A stretch of 64,000 nucleotides of DNA, taken from positions 203,304-267,303 of the forward strand of contig CAZIDX010000001.1 of assembly GCA_964538435.1 (NCBI GenBank). The letters run 5' to 3'. Under the pieces are notes generated by a model. The model was not told where the DNA came from, did not search any database, and saw nothing but the letters and a program-made list of their open reading frames with translations. The stretch is from an uncultured Gammaproteobacteria bacterium (GTDB lineage: Bacteria > Patescibacteriota > Patescibacteriia > UBA9934 > GWF2-40-263). This document shows positions 48,474-59,936 of the stretch, one piece after another (positions within the stretch are counted from its first letter, which is position 1; each line of letters starts with the position of its first letter). The position numbers were made by a program, and so were the translations under genes.

Positions 48474-49232
48474 CTATTTTTCGACAGTCTTTCTCTGTTT
48501 TTTCCACAGCCACACACCCCAAACCACCATTGCAATTGAAACGTATTGCGCAGGAGTCAATCCAAGATATCGCGTATCAACAATCGCGCCATCAGTTGCA
48601 CGGAAAAAGTCGAGTGCGAATCGCACAGCGCCGTACCAAATCAAGAATACGGTCGTGTAAACCCCGTATGCCACCTGTCTCTTTCTGAGCCAAAGGAACA
48701 CGAGAAACAAAACAAGTCCGTTAATCGAAAGCAGCATTCCATGATCAAGCCGCGCTCCACCTGGATACTGAACCGCAAAGAACACATCTGTAAGCGCGCC
48801 TGGATGATCATGAATCAAAAAGCATCCAATCCGACCAACAAACAAACCAAGTGGAAGCCCAAATAAGAGCGTGTCCGCATACTCTCGAACACTCACCTTC
48901 TTCTTTCTGAGGTACCAAACCCCAACCAGCGAGGCTCCCAAGAAACCACCCATCACAGAAAGACCTCCATGCCAGACATGCAGAAGCTCAATCGGATTCT
49001 CAAGATACACACCAGGATCATACACCACATGCATGAGTCTTCCACCAACCATTGCCCCCACAATAATCCAAAGCACCGCATCCCAAACAAGTTTCTCATC
49101 CTGATTTCGCTCACGAGCAAGACGCGCAGCAGCCCATGCTCCTGCAATCACACCAAGCGCTACCAAAAGACCCCACACGTGAATCGTGACAGGGCCTAAT
49201 GTTATCGATGTGAATTGAAAATACGGGATCAT
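48474..49232 (-). CDS. lgt: prolipoprotein diacylglyceryl transferase
   Basis: IHVWGL, GGRLMHV, WHGGLS, GRIGCF, RFALDFFR, LTPAQ. Confidence 0.9.
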   Translation of the reverse strand: MIPYFQFTSITLGPVTIHVWGLLVALGVIAGAWAAARLARERNQDEKLVWDAVLWIIVGAMVGGRLMHVVYDPGVYLENPIELLHVWHGGLSVMGGFLGASLVGVWYLRKKKVSVREYADTLLFGLPLGLFVGRIGCFLIHDHPGALTDVFFAVQYPGGARLDHGMLLSINGLVLFLVFLWLRKRQVAYGVYTTVFLIWYGAVRFALDFFRATDGAIVDTRYLGLTPAQYVSIAMVVWGVWLWKKQRKTVEK

Positions 49233-49236
49233 GTGC

Positions 49237-50685
49237 TTACAACTCAGGCATCCTCTTGTGCCAATCTGTCACAGACTGATAAAACGCTCCAGCGCGATAC
49301 AGCTGATACTCATCAAAATGCTTTGCAGCTAAATGAAGTCCTACTGGCAAATCATGAACGAACCCACAAGGAATCGACATTGCTGGCACAGATACAAGGT
49401 TTGCTGTGATCGTATAGATATCAGAAAGGTACATCGTAATCGGGTCATTAAACTTCTCTCCAAGCCCCCAAGCAACCGACGGACTTGTTGGTGTGATAAT
49501 AAGATCCACTTGCTTCAAAGCTTCATCAAAATCTTGTTTCAAGAGTGTTCGCACCTGCAAGGCCTTGCGGTAATAAGCATCATAATACCCAGCAGAAAGT
49601 GTGTAGGATCCTAGCATGATTCGACGTTGCACCTCTTTTCCAAATCCCTCTCCACGTGTTCGCTCATAAGTCTCAATCAAATTCTCGCCACACGAATGAT
49701 ACCCAAACCTAAGACCATCATAGCGACCAAGGTTTGAACTCGCCTCAGCCGGCATCACAATGTAATACGTTGCAAGCGCGTATTCTGCATGCGGCAAAGA
49801 AATCTCCTTCACTTGAGCACCTGCTTTTTCAAACTCACTCACAGCGTCCATCACAAGCTTCTTGATCCCCGAATCCATTTCATCAACAAAATACTCTTTT
49901 GGAATCCCAATTTTCAAGCCTTTTACATCCTTTCCAAGAAGCTCTGGGACTGTAGTGTCTTTTAGCTCAACTGATGTCGCATCCTGCCCATCTCTCCCCT
50001 CAATCACCTCCATCACAAGAGCAGCATCTTCCACGCTGTGAGCGAATGGTCCAATCTGATCAAAACTCGATGCTAAAGCCATGAGTCCGTAGCGAGAAAC
50101 ACGCCCGTATGTAGGTTTCAAACCTGTCACACCACACAAACTTGCAGGCTGACGAATTGATCCACCTGTATCAGAACCGAGCGCAACAGGAACAAGCCCA
50201 GCAGCCACAGCTACAGCACTTCCCCCACTTGACCCTCCAGGAACCTTCTCAAGGTCCCAAGGATTTTTTGTCGGACCGTAGTGAGACGTTTCTGTTGAAG
50301 ACCCCATAGCAAACTCGTCCATGTTCGTGCGCCCGATCAAAATCGCTCCAGCTGCCTTGAGCCGCTTTGCAACGGTTGAGTCATACGCACTCCTATGCCC
50401 CTCAAGAACCATCGATCCACCAGTTGTTTTCCAACCTTGCACAAGCATATTATCCTTGAGTGCAATTGGCACCCCTCCAAGCACACCAACATCCTCTCCA
50501 TTTGCCAAACGCTTATCGATTTCCCTTGCTTGATCCAAAGCATCTCCTGCAACTTCAATAAATGCATTGAGTTCCTTATTCTCTTCGATACGATCAAGGC
50601 AGGCCTTCACAATCTCCTCGGCTGTAGCTTTTTTGCTTGCAATTGCCTCTTTGATATCTTTTATTGTCATTGTTGATACATCCAT
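49237..50685 (-). CDS. gatA: Asp/Glu-tRNA amidotransferase subunit A
   Basis: [41 protein letters not shown]. Confidence 0.97.
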   Translation of the reverse strand: MDVSTMTIKDIKEAIASKKATAEEIVKACLDRIEENKELNAFIEVAGDALDQAREIDKRLANGEDVGVLGGVPIALKDNMLVQGWKTTGGSMVLEGHRSAYDSTVAKRLKAAGAILIGRTNMDEFAMGSSTETSHYGPTKNPWDLEKVPGGSSGGSAVAVAAGLVPVALGSDTGGSIRQPASLCGVTGLKPTYGRVSRYGLMALASSFDQIGPFAHSVEDAALVMEVIEGRDGQDATSVELKDTTVPELLGKDVKGLKIGIPKEYFVDEMDSGIKKLVMDAVSEFEKAGAQVKEISLPHAEYALATYYIVMPAEASSNLGRYDGLRFGYHSCGENLIETYERTRGEGFGKEVQRRIMLGSYTLSAGYYDAYYRKALQVRTLLKQDFDEALKQVDLIITPTSPSVAWGLGEKFNDPITMYLSDIYTITANLVSVPAMSIPCGFVHDLPVGLHLAAKHFDEYQLYRAGAFYQSVTDWHKRMPEL

Positions 50686-50688
50686 AAA

Positions 50689-50994
50689 CTAAACTGATCT
50701 ATTCTCAAAGACAGCCTGTACTTCAAGCAGATCATCTTGTTTATTTGAAAAGTTCTCAAGCGCCTGATTACGCACATCATCCCCGCACCCAACTTCCACA
50801 TCCTCACGCAAAACATTCTCAAGATCAGCCACATGCTGCATTTCTGCAACATCAGTTGTATCAAGCGACTGAAGCTTTTTTACGTAATCCAAAATGGAGC
50901 TGAGCTGCTCCTGATACTCTGCCACCTGCTCTTCCTCAAGATGCAACCGAGCAAGTTTCGCAATATGAATAACCTCTTCTTTTGATAATGCCAT
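50689..50994 (-). CDS. gatC: Asp/Glu-tRNA amidotransferase subunit C
   Basis: LSKEEVIHIAKLARL, NVLRED; adjacent to gatA. Confidence 0.93.
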   Translation of the reverse strand: MALSKEEVIHIAKLARLHLEEEQVAEYQEQLSSILDYVKKLQSLDTTDVAEMQHVADLENVLREDVEVGCGDDVRNQALENFSNKQDDLLEVQAVFENRSV

Positions 50995-50999
50995 ACTGT

Positions 51000-52997
<1,998 letters not shown>

Positions 52998-53061
52998 CTA
53001 CAATTTTACCATTTTACAACACCTTTCTCAAATCAAGACAACAACACCAGCAACAAACCCA

Positions 53062-53099
53062 TGACTCAAAACCCTCACCATGGTGACAGTCTTGAGTCA
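53062..53099. repeat. long imperfect palindrome centred on TCACCATGGTGA
   Basis: TGACTCAAAACCCTCACCATGGTGACAGTCTTGAGTCA; overlaps the stop codon of the PaaX-like gene. Confidence 0.85.
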
Positions 53100-53684
53100 C
53101 GGCAAACGAGCGATATAAATCTTCACCCAATCATGAATATTGGCTTTTTCAACAAATCCTAAAACATCCTTGAAAACATCTCTCGTTGATTTCCACACAC
53201 TTTTTTGCACTTGCTCAAAACCTGACTGTTTCAAGAAATTTCTAAACGCGTCGCGTCCAGCTCGTGCTGTTGTGGGAAAATCATACACAACAAGACACTC
53301 CTGATCGAACCCAAGTCTCGGTCTCTCTTTCATTGTTCTTTTCAATAATTCTCGCTCCCCCTCTTGACTGAGCCTAGCAAGCATCTTACCTTCTTTCTTT
53401 TCAATCTTTATCATTTCTTTCTCTCTCAATCTTATCACTCGTTGTTTTTGTCTCCTTTTCTCTCTAGCCTCACTACAAATTCGATCCCATTCAGGATCAT
53501 ATCCTATCCCCTTCCTCATTCTCCACAATTCAAACAACTCATCCACAACTACCGCCTCATTTGCCATATACCGAAGCGTTTCTGTGATTGGATCAAAACT
53601 CTCACCATGGTGAGGATTTTGAGTCAAATCACTTTTTCCTTCTTTTTGAAAAACCTTTCTTTTCGAATTATTCTTGCGTTTCAT
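53097..53684 (-). CDS. PaaX-like protein (wHTH plus Cas2-like domain)
   Basis: RLSQEG, LVVYDFP...RDAFRNFLKQSGFEQVQKSVW; GGAGG SD before ATG 53684. Confidence 0.8.
   Translation of the reverse strand: MKRKNNSKRKVFQKEGKSDLTQNPHHGESFDPITETLRYMANEAVVVDELFELWRMRKGIGYDPEWDRICSEAREKRRQKQRVIRLREKEMIKIEKKEGKMLARLSQEGERELLKRTMKERPRLGFDQECLVVYDFPTTARAGRDAFRNFLKQSGFEQVQKSVWKSTRDVFKDVLGFVEKANIHDWVKIYIARLP
53593..53622. repeat. second TCACCATGGTGA palindrome, inside the gene 5' region
   Basis: TCAAAACTCTCACCATGGTGAGGATTTTGA. Confidence 0.85.
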
Positions 53685-53840
53685 ACCTCCTTTGCTTAAA
53701 CAAAAACCCTGACTGCAAACAATCTTGCATTCAGGGGGAGGGTGTATTTTCTGATTCAATGGGACCACGAACGCTCGCTATTGTCAACCCCATCCAACTG
53801 AAAAGATCGCGCCGTCTGCGCGATCTTGTGAGAAAGCCTA

Positions 53841-54518
53841 CTACTGCTTTCCCCACTCGTAGTTGAGAACCAGACCAGTCTCATCAATGGCAGTATAGAC
53901 GAGTTTACCGTCCTTGATACGAACTTGCCAGATGCTGGGCTCTCTTGCACCCCAACGAGAAACCGAAGGGAACGAACGCTCATCCCGAGAATCACCCACG
54001 AACACAGCCCATGACTCATCATGCAGACGAACGACCATGACCGGCTCATCATTCCAGATCACAGGCCCGCTTTGCGGAATCCCACCGAGCACACCATAGG
54101 TGTACACACGCCCACCATACACAATAGTATTCTGGTACTCAGTACCAACATAGCCATTCGTAGCCGCATAGAAGATCTTGCCATTTACAACGACGGGGTT
54201 GTACCAGATGGACTGAAATGGTTCCGCAAGCTCACGCCCATGACCGAACACTTGTCGCCCATCCTTATCACCACCGACGTAGAACACTTCGTTGTCGTGG
54301 ATGCCATAGACATGCAGATGATAAGTGAACAAACGACTCTTCCAGCCTCCCCACCGAATCCTGCAAGACCCAGCTCTACCATCCTCGATGCTAACCCCTT
54401 CAGCCTGAATTGCAGATGGAACCTCCCACCAACATTTGGCCTCGTCCTGAGCATATGCTGACGGCTGGACCAGCAATGTGATCATCATGAGAAGAAACAC
54501 TGAAAACACGTATCGCAT
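53841..54518 (-). CDS. secreted beta-rich hypothetical protein
   Basis: Signal peptide ending AYA; GGGAGG SD. Confidence 0.7.
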   Translation of the reverse strand: MRYVFSVFLLMMITLLVQPSAYAQDEAKCWWEVPSAIQAEGVSIEDGRAGSCRIRWGGWKSRLFTYHLHVYGIHDNEVFYVGGDKDGRQVFGHGRELAEPFQSIWYNPVVVNGKIFYAATNGYVGTEYQNTIVYGGRVYTYGVLGGIPQSGPVIWNDEPVMVVRLHDESWAVFVGDSRDERSFPSVSRWGAREPSIWQVRIKDGKLVYTAIDETGLVLNYEWGKQ

Positions 54519-54612
54519 GAACCCTCCCTGGTTCTTCGAGTGCGAACCTGATCATACAGGATCAAACAAAATAGTCAATCAAAAAACTCGCTTCAAAAAA
54601 CGAGTTTCTGAC

Positions 54613-55362
54613 TTAAACAAAAAGTGAAAGGTACCACTTCACCATCTCAGGCCCAACAAATATCACAATAGCAGTTGCCACAGCCAAAAATGTTCCAAAC
54701 GGAATCGGAGTCTTGCGATTCCCCTTCTTGGCCAAGATAAGAGCAGCTCCAACAATCGCACCCATGACATAAGCAAGAAACAATGCCGTTAAACCATATC
54801 CAAGCCCAAGCATAAACCCCATGAGTGCCCCCATCCTAATGTCACCTCCTCCAACCCAAGTCCCTTTTGAAACCACGAACTGAATGTGAAAAAACGCAGC
54901 AAGGACTAGTCCCCCAAGAATAAGAGTGAGTGGAGGTACAGCCCCTATCCAAAGATTGAACAAAATCGCAATAATCATTGCAGGAATCGTAAACTTATCA
55001 AGGATAAGCATCCACCGCAGATCATACACAAAAATAATGACAAGATACGTTAAAAACGTTGCGTCTCGAACAAAAATAAGGAGTGAATCTGCGTGCAAAA
55101 ACGCAAGCGCAAAGAGCAGCCCCATCACCACTTCAACCACGGGATACTGCCACGAAATTACATCTTTACAATTTCTACACCGCCCCTTCAACCGCAAATA
55201 ACTTACAATTGGAATCAAATCTTTTGCCCCAATCGGCACTTCACAAGACCTACATTTTGATCGTGCATTCACAACAGGATCCCCCTCCCTTACACGAAAA
55301 ACGGCAGCATTTACAAAGCTGCCGATACAAATTCCTAAAATGATAACAAGAATGACTTCCAT
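54613..55362 (-). CDS. pilD: prepilin peptidase (A24)
   Basis: GSFVN, RSKCRSC, GRCRNC, YDL, GGGD, IPFGTFL. Confidence 0.92.
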   Translation of the reverse strand: MEVILVIILGICIGSFVNAAVFRVREGDPVVNARSKCRSCEVPIGAKDLIPIVSYLRLKGRCRNCKDVISWQYPVVEVVMGLLFALAFLHADSLLIFVRDATFLTYLVIIFVYDLRWMLILDKFTIPAMIIAILFNLWIGAVPPLTLILGGLVLAAFFHIQFVVSKGTWVGGGDIRMGALMGFMLGLGYGLTALFLAYVMGAIVGAALILAKKGNRKTPIPFGTFLAVATAIVIFVGPEMVKWYLSLFV

Positions 55363-55363
55363 G

Positions 55364-55867
55364 CTAATCCTGACAAACTCCAGCCTCCATCCCCTCAGGT
55401 GTCGCGCAATTCACCCCCGTCTGCATTCCAACACTCGCAAGACCATTCTCAAGCTCAAAGTGAATCACATAGGACTCACCTTCCTCAAGCTGGGTGTAGC
55501 AAAACGCCTGCTGCGCAGGTTCTCCACACGTAACAATGCCATCCAAACCTTTATCAAAAGCACTTGGTACAATTCTCATGAATACACTTGTGTCTCCACT
55601 GCAACTTGCTGCAAATCCACCAGACCCCAAACATGCACTCAAAGCAGAATCTCCAAGCGGAAGAAGTTCTCCGTCTGGATATTGGTTATATTCATTGAAA
55701 TGATCTTCCAGTGCTGACTGCATTTGTCGCACATTTGAAAGACGTGTTGCATCCCGCTGTTTTGATCGCGCACTGTTTACGGCCACAGCTGCAAACACGC
55801 CAATCAGGGCAATCACAGCAATCACCACAAGCAGTTCAACTAATGTAAATCCTTTTTTGTTTTTCAT
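55364..55867 (-). CDS. type IV pilin / pseudopilin
   Basis: KGFTLVELLVVIAVI N-methylation motif; ARSKQRDATR. Confidence 0.9.
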   Translation of the reverse strand: MKNKKGFTLVELLVVIAVIALIGVFAAVAVNSARSKQRDATRLSNVRQMQSALEDHFNEYNQYPDGELLPLGDSALSACLGSGGFAASCSGDTSVFMRIVPSAFDKGLDGIVTCGEPAQQAFCYTQLEEGESYVIHFELENGLASVGMQTGVNCATPEGMEAGVCQD

Positions 55868-55872
55868 ACATT

Positions 55873-56256
55873 CTACTCATCACGTCTCTCATCAACGAGA
55901 CGCTGAAGTTTTTTTATAGCTTCTGAAGGAAAAAAATGTCCTTTGAAAAAATACCCATCTGCTCCTACCTCCTCTGCAGCTCGAACGGTTTCTCTGTCTC
56001 CTAGCTTAGTTAGCACCGTCAACACACTTTTCATAGTCTGAGCATCAGTTCTTAACCCACTGAAAAACTCAAGCGCCTCATCAATACCATCCGGATCAAA
56101 AATCACTGCATCTGGCACACCTTTCTCCAACTGTCTGCCAGCATCCTCAATCGTCTCAGCTACACGCACCTTCCACCCAGCTTTTTCAAAGCGACTAGCA
56201 AAAACACCTGCATGATATGCATCCTCATCTACAATTAGCAGTGTTTGTTTGCTCAT
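55873..56256 (-). CDS. single-domain response regulator
   Basis: LLIVDED, PDAVIFD, VLT, GADGYFFK. Confidence 0.8.
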   Translation of the reverse strand: MSKQTLLIVDEDAYHAGVFASRFEKAGWKVRVAETIEDAGRQLEKGVPDAVIFDPDGIDEALEFFSGLRTDAQTMKSVLTVLTKLGDRETVRAAEEVGADGYFFKGHFFPSEAIKKLQRLVDERRDE

Positions 56257-56257
56257 A

Positions 56258-57400
56258 CTAGTTCATGTCGCGCATAGCAAGCCCAATGGCAACACTCATT
56301 CGAGGCCCTATCTCTTCTAAAACGCTTTCCAGATCCTTTGGATACACAACGCGCGCCCAAGGATCACCTCGATAACAGTTAATGTTCAAAACCTCTGCCA
56401 GATATTCTGGAACACGCGGCAAATGAGATGAACCGCCCGTTAACACAATCTTATCAACCGTATCAGTCTCTGTAAGCTCCATCTTTGCAAACAACTGTAT
56501 TGCATATCGAATCTCGTTCACAAGCGGCTGCATCACAGGCTCAAGAATCTTTGGCAAACCACCAGGCAAATCAGAAACAGCTGTCCCCATCGTGCCAAGA
56601 TCACGCTTCATGCGTTCAGCCTCCATCTCAGGAAGCTGCATTTGATTCACAAGATACTGAGTCACATTATTCCCTCCCAAACCAACACTTCGCGTCACAA
56701 ACGGAACTCCCTTCTCAACAATCATGATATTCGTGCGCTCAGATCCAAAATCAATAATCATAACCGCACTGCGATCTTTTCCAATCAGAGATCGAATCAA
56801 GGCAAACGACTCCGTATCAAGTGCCTGCAAATCCACCTTCGCAGACTTGAAAACCTCAATATACTTTTGAACAAACGATTTTGCTGACCCTGTCACAAGC
56901 ACTCGAAAATGCTTATCATCTGTTTCTGATTTCTTTTCTTCAGGCTCCCCCTGCTCTTCTTTCTTTTTCTTTTTTGCTTTTGCATCCTCCTTTGCAGCCT
57001 TCTTATCCTCATCCATAAAAATCCTCTGTGTGATCATCTCTGAAAGAGGAAGTGGCGTGAGCTTTCCAAGCTCGGCATCAATAACAGCGTCACGCTGTTT
57101 TTTATCCTTCACTTTTGGAAGCGATAAAATAGTTGAAAAAACATCCGTTGTCGGAAGCGCAGACATTGCCTGCGTTGCTTTGACATTTGAAGACTTCATC
57201 ACGCTCGACAAAAGCTCACCTGTCTTTTTTGGCTGATCAAAAAATGAACCACCTGCCACTCCTGGCGGAAGTTCAGCATAACCATACGTCATGAGCTTTG
57301 CGCGACCTTTTTCCTGAGCAAGTTCAACAACCTTGATGCTGCTTGCACCAATATCCACCCCAAGAAAACTGTTTGATTTCTTACCTCCAAATAGTCCCAT
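56258..57400 (-). CDS. pilM: type IV pilus assembly protein PilM
   Basis: LGVDIGASSIKVVEL, IDFG, LTGGSS, VAIGLAMR. Confidence 0.92.
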   Translation of the reverse strand: MGLFGGKKSNSFLGVDIGASSIKVVELAQEKGRAKLMTYGYAELPPGVAGGSFFDQPKKTGELLSSVMKSSNVKATQAMSALPTTDVFSTILSLPKVKDKKQRDAVIDAELGKLTPLPLSEMITQRIFMDEDKKAAKEDAKAKKKKKEEQGEPEEKKSETDDKHFRVLVTGSAKSFVQKYIEVFKSAKVDLQALDTESFALIRSLIGKDRSAVMIIDFGSERTNIMIVEKGVPFVTRSVGLGGNNVTQYLVNQMQLPEMEAERMKRDLGTMGTAVSDLPGGLPKILEPVMQPLVNEIRYAIQLFAKMELTETDTVDKIVLTGGSSHLPRVPEYLAEVLNINCYRGDPWARVVYPKDLESVLEEIGPRMSVAIGLAMRDMN

Positions 57401-57429
57401 ATGAACTCATTATAGCAGAAAAAACACGT

Positions 57430-57843
57430 TTAGGTATTCTCATCCAAACACTTGTTCACAAGCGCATCTGCTTCTTTATTTTGTTCTCGACGAACATGAG
57501 TGAATGTCACGCGTTCAAACTGATGCATCAAATTCTTTACCTCCAAGAACCGCTTTGCAATCTCGTGATCCTTAACTTTGTATTCTCCATTAAGTTGCTT
57601 GGTCGCAAGCTCTGAATCAAGCCTCAGCTCAACCCTCTTCACCCCAAGCTCCGCAGCTTTCTCAAGCGCAATCACAATCGCCGTATACTCTGCCTGATTA
57701 TTTGTGTCTTCACCCAAAAACTTCATCACCTCAGCAAGCACCTTACCTTCAACCTCATCCTCAAGAGCATAAATTACAGCCCCAGCCGCAGCAGGACCTG
57801 GATTCCCACGAGAGCCTCCATCAGTATAAATCCGTACGTTCAT
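57430..57843 (-). CDS. rnhA: ribonuclease HI
   Basis: YTDGGSRGNPG, TNNQAEY, DSEL, HVRREQNKEAD. Confidence 0.93.
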   Translation of the reverse strand: MNVRIYTDGGSRGNPGPAAAGAVIYALEDEVEGKVLAEVMKFLGEDTNNQAEYTAIVIALEKAAELGVKRVELRLDSELATKQLNGEYKVKDHEIAKRFLEVKNLMHQFERVTFTHVRREQNKEADALVNKCLDENT

Positions 57844-57845
57844 AG

Positions 57846-59582
57846 TTATTTTGTTTTTATTAAATCAACAAGACGCAACTGAAGTTCGCGATTTCCGTTC
57901 CATTCATTAAGCGTAACCTCATAGGCCACATCGATCTCACTACCAAGCTCAAGATCTTCTGCCCAATACCCAAAACGAAACGCTATTGCATTCATTATTT
58001 TACCATCACCAGACTGAAGACGCAGCTTCAAGTGCGCTCCTTCTTTTCCTACAGCAGAGAACGACACAACACGAACCTGTTTTGTGCAAAAAATCGGCTG
58101 TTTATTTCCGCAACCAAACGGCCGAAACGCCTCGAGCGACTCGTAGAGAGACCAATCGATCTGACTAAACTCCATGCAGGCATCAATCGACAATGATGGA
58201 ATAAGCATTTCATCTGTGATTTTCTCAGCTGCAAACATCTCCATTGCCTCAACAGCTTTTTTAAACCGATCCATGCCGCTTGTTGAAAACCCACATGCCT
58301 GCGGATGCCCACCAAACTTATCCAAATACTCACTAGCCGCATGCAATGCCTGCGTCACATCAAAACCATCAACACTGCGACCAGAACCAACATACCGATC
58401 TCCATCTTTCCCCACAGCAAACACTGGCACACTAAAATCCGACAACAGCTTTCCAGCCACAAGCCCAACCAACCCAGGATTCCACCCCTCACCTGCAACA
58501 ACAATAATCCTGCGATCTCCAAGCTCTCCCACCATTTGTTTGGCTTCCTCGTACATCTTTTGAGAGGCTTTTTGTCGCTCTGTGTTTGTTTGATTGAGCC
58601 GCATAGCAAGCTCTGTAGCCTTCACCTCGTCTTCCTCAATCATCAAATTAAGTGCTTCTGTTGCATGATTCATTCGTCCAGCAGCATTCAAGCGCGGCCC
58701 AATCTGATACCCAATGGAAACCGTATCAAGTTCCCCCATCTTGGCACCAGTAATCTCAATCAATTTTTTCAAACCAACCCGCCGAGTCTTGTTGAGCACA
58801 AGAAGACCATACTTCTCGAGCACTCGATTCTCACCAACGATCGGAACAATATCTGTCACAGTCGCAATCGCCACCAAATCAAGAAGCCACTTGTTGTATC
58901 CAACCGGAAAATCCGCTCCCCGCTCTCGCGCCTCATGTATCATCGCAGCCGCAAACTTATACGCCACTCCAGTTCCACACAGCTTTTTATTCGGAAATGT
59001 CTCACCAGGCACAAGCGGATGAATCAAAATCGCCTGATCAGGTAACTCCTTTGGCATGGCGTGATGATCACAAATAATTGTATCAATCCCTAGCTCCTTT
59101 GCTCGATCAACGGCATCCTTATTGCTAATTCCACAATCCACAGTAATAACAAGACCGGTTTCCTCATGCTCTTTCAAATGCTCAATCGTTGCCACAGACA
59201 TGCCATAGCCCTCTTTTTCACGATGCGGGATATACACATTCAACTTCTGCTCATCAAACCCCATCTTCCTGCAAATATCCCGAAGCGTAGTGAGCAAAAC
59301 CGTTGAACCACAAACACCATCAGCGTCATAGTCCCCATGCACAGTGATCACCTCATTATTCTCTAGCGCATCAAATGTCCGCTTAACCCCCTCTTTCATG
59401 TGCAAAAACAAATCCGGACTGTACACATCACGACTCCAGTCCGGGCTCAAAAACACATCGATCTCCTCCTGCGTCTTCACTTCACGATTCCAAAGCATTT
59501 GCAAAACAACCGGATCTAACTCCGGGAACTGATCTTGAACATCTTTTGTGATCGGATCTGCAATGATCCATCGTTTATCCAC
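57846..59582 (-). CDS. recJ: ssDNA exonuclease RecJ
   Basis: GDYDADG, TVDCGI, DHH, PRLNAAGR, GSGRS, FGGH. Confidence 0.96.
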   Translation of the reverse strand: MDKRWIIADPITKDVQDQFPELDPVVLQMLWNREVKTQEEIDVFLSPDWSRDVYSPDLFLHMKEGVKRTFDALENNEVITVHGDYDADGVCGSTVLLTTLRDICRKMGFDEQKLNVYIPHREKEGYGMSVATIEHLKEHEETGLVITVDCGISNKDAVDRAKELGIDTIICDHHAMPKELPDQAILIHPLVPGETFPNKKLCGTGVAYKFAAAMIHEARERGADFPVGYNKWLLDLVAIATVTDIVPIVGENRVLEKYGLLVLNKTRRVGLKKLIEITGAKMGELDTVSIGYQIGPRLNAAGRMNHATEALNLMIEEDEVKATELAMRLNQTNTERQKASQKMYEEAKQMVGELGDRRIIVVAGEGWNPGLVGLVAGKLLSDFSVPVFAVGKDGDRYVGSGRSVDGFDVTQALHAASEYLDKFGGHPQACGFSTSGMDRFKKAVEAMEMFAAEKITDEMLIPSLSIDACMEFSQIDWSLYESLEAFRPFGCGNKQPIFCTKQVRVVSFSAVGKEGAHLKLRLQSGDGKIMNAIAFRFGYWAEDLELGSEIDVAYEVTLNEWNGNRELQLRLVDLIKTK

Positions 59583-59587
59583 CGAAA

Positions 59588-59648
59588 AGCGTTTAGCGTT
59601 TAGCGGCTAGCGAGGAGGCTTCTCACTATTCGCTATACGCTACTCGCT
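59588..59648. repeat. two inverted arrays of degenerate 7-mers
   Basis: AGCGTTT AGCGTTT AGCGGCT AGCG ... CTATTCG CTATACG CTACTCG CT. Confidence 0.65.
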
Positions 59649-59650
59649 CC

Positions 59651-59752
59651 CTAAACACTAAATCCAACCAAGAAACTAAACCCAACCATGCTCAGAATCA
59701 CCATGATCCCAACCACAGTCCAGAACATACGAACCTTCTTTGAACGTTTCAT
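59651..59752 (-). CDS. 33-aa single-TM protein (DUF4044-like), below the ORF track cutoff
   Basis: MKRSKKVRMFWTVVGIMVILSMVGFSFLVGFSV; GGGAG upstream. Confidence 0.6.
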   Translation of the reverse strand: MKRSKKVRMFWTVVGIMVILSMVGFSFLVGFSV

Positions 59753-59832
59753 AAAAATCTTTCTTCTCCCATCAAGACGATGGGATTGTTACTTACCATG
59801 ATGGATCGCCGCATTATTGACCAAATACCGTA

Positions 59833-59924
59833 CGAAATGCTGCGTGAATATTTCGCGAGGTGGTGGTCGTCTATACTGCGCGACGGCCCGGCTCCGCCGA
59901 GTGGAATATTCACGCAGCATTTCG
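59833..59924. repeat. 92-bp hairpin with 20-bp perfect inverted repeat
   Basis: CGAAATGCTGCGTGAATATT / AATATTCACGCAGCATTTCG. Confidence 0.85.
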
Positions 59925-59936
59925 AACTCAAGCGCA

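Noticed and set aside
53097-53684. CRISPR-Cas locus suggested by the Cas2-like domain (and Cas4-like DUF2779)
   Set aside because: No repeat-spacer array, cas1 or effector gene anywhere in the window
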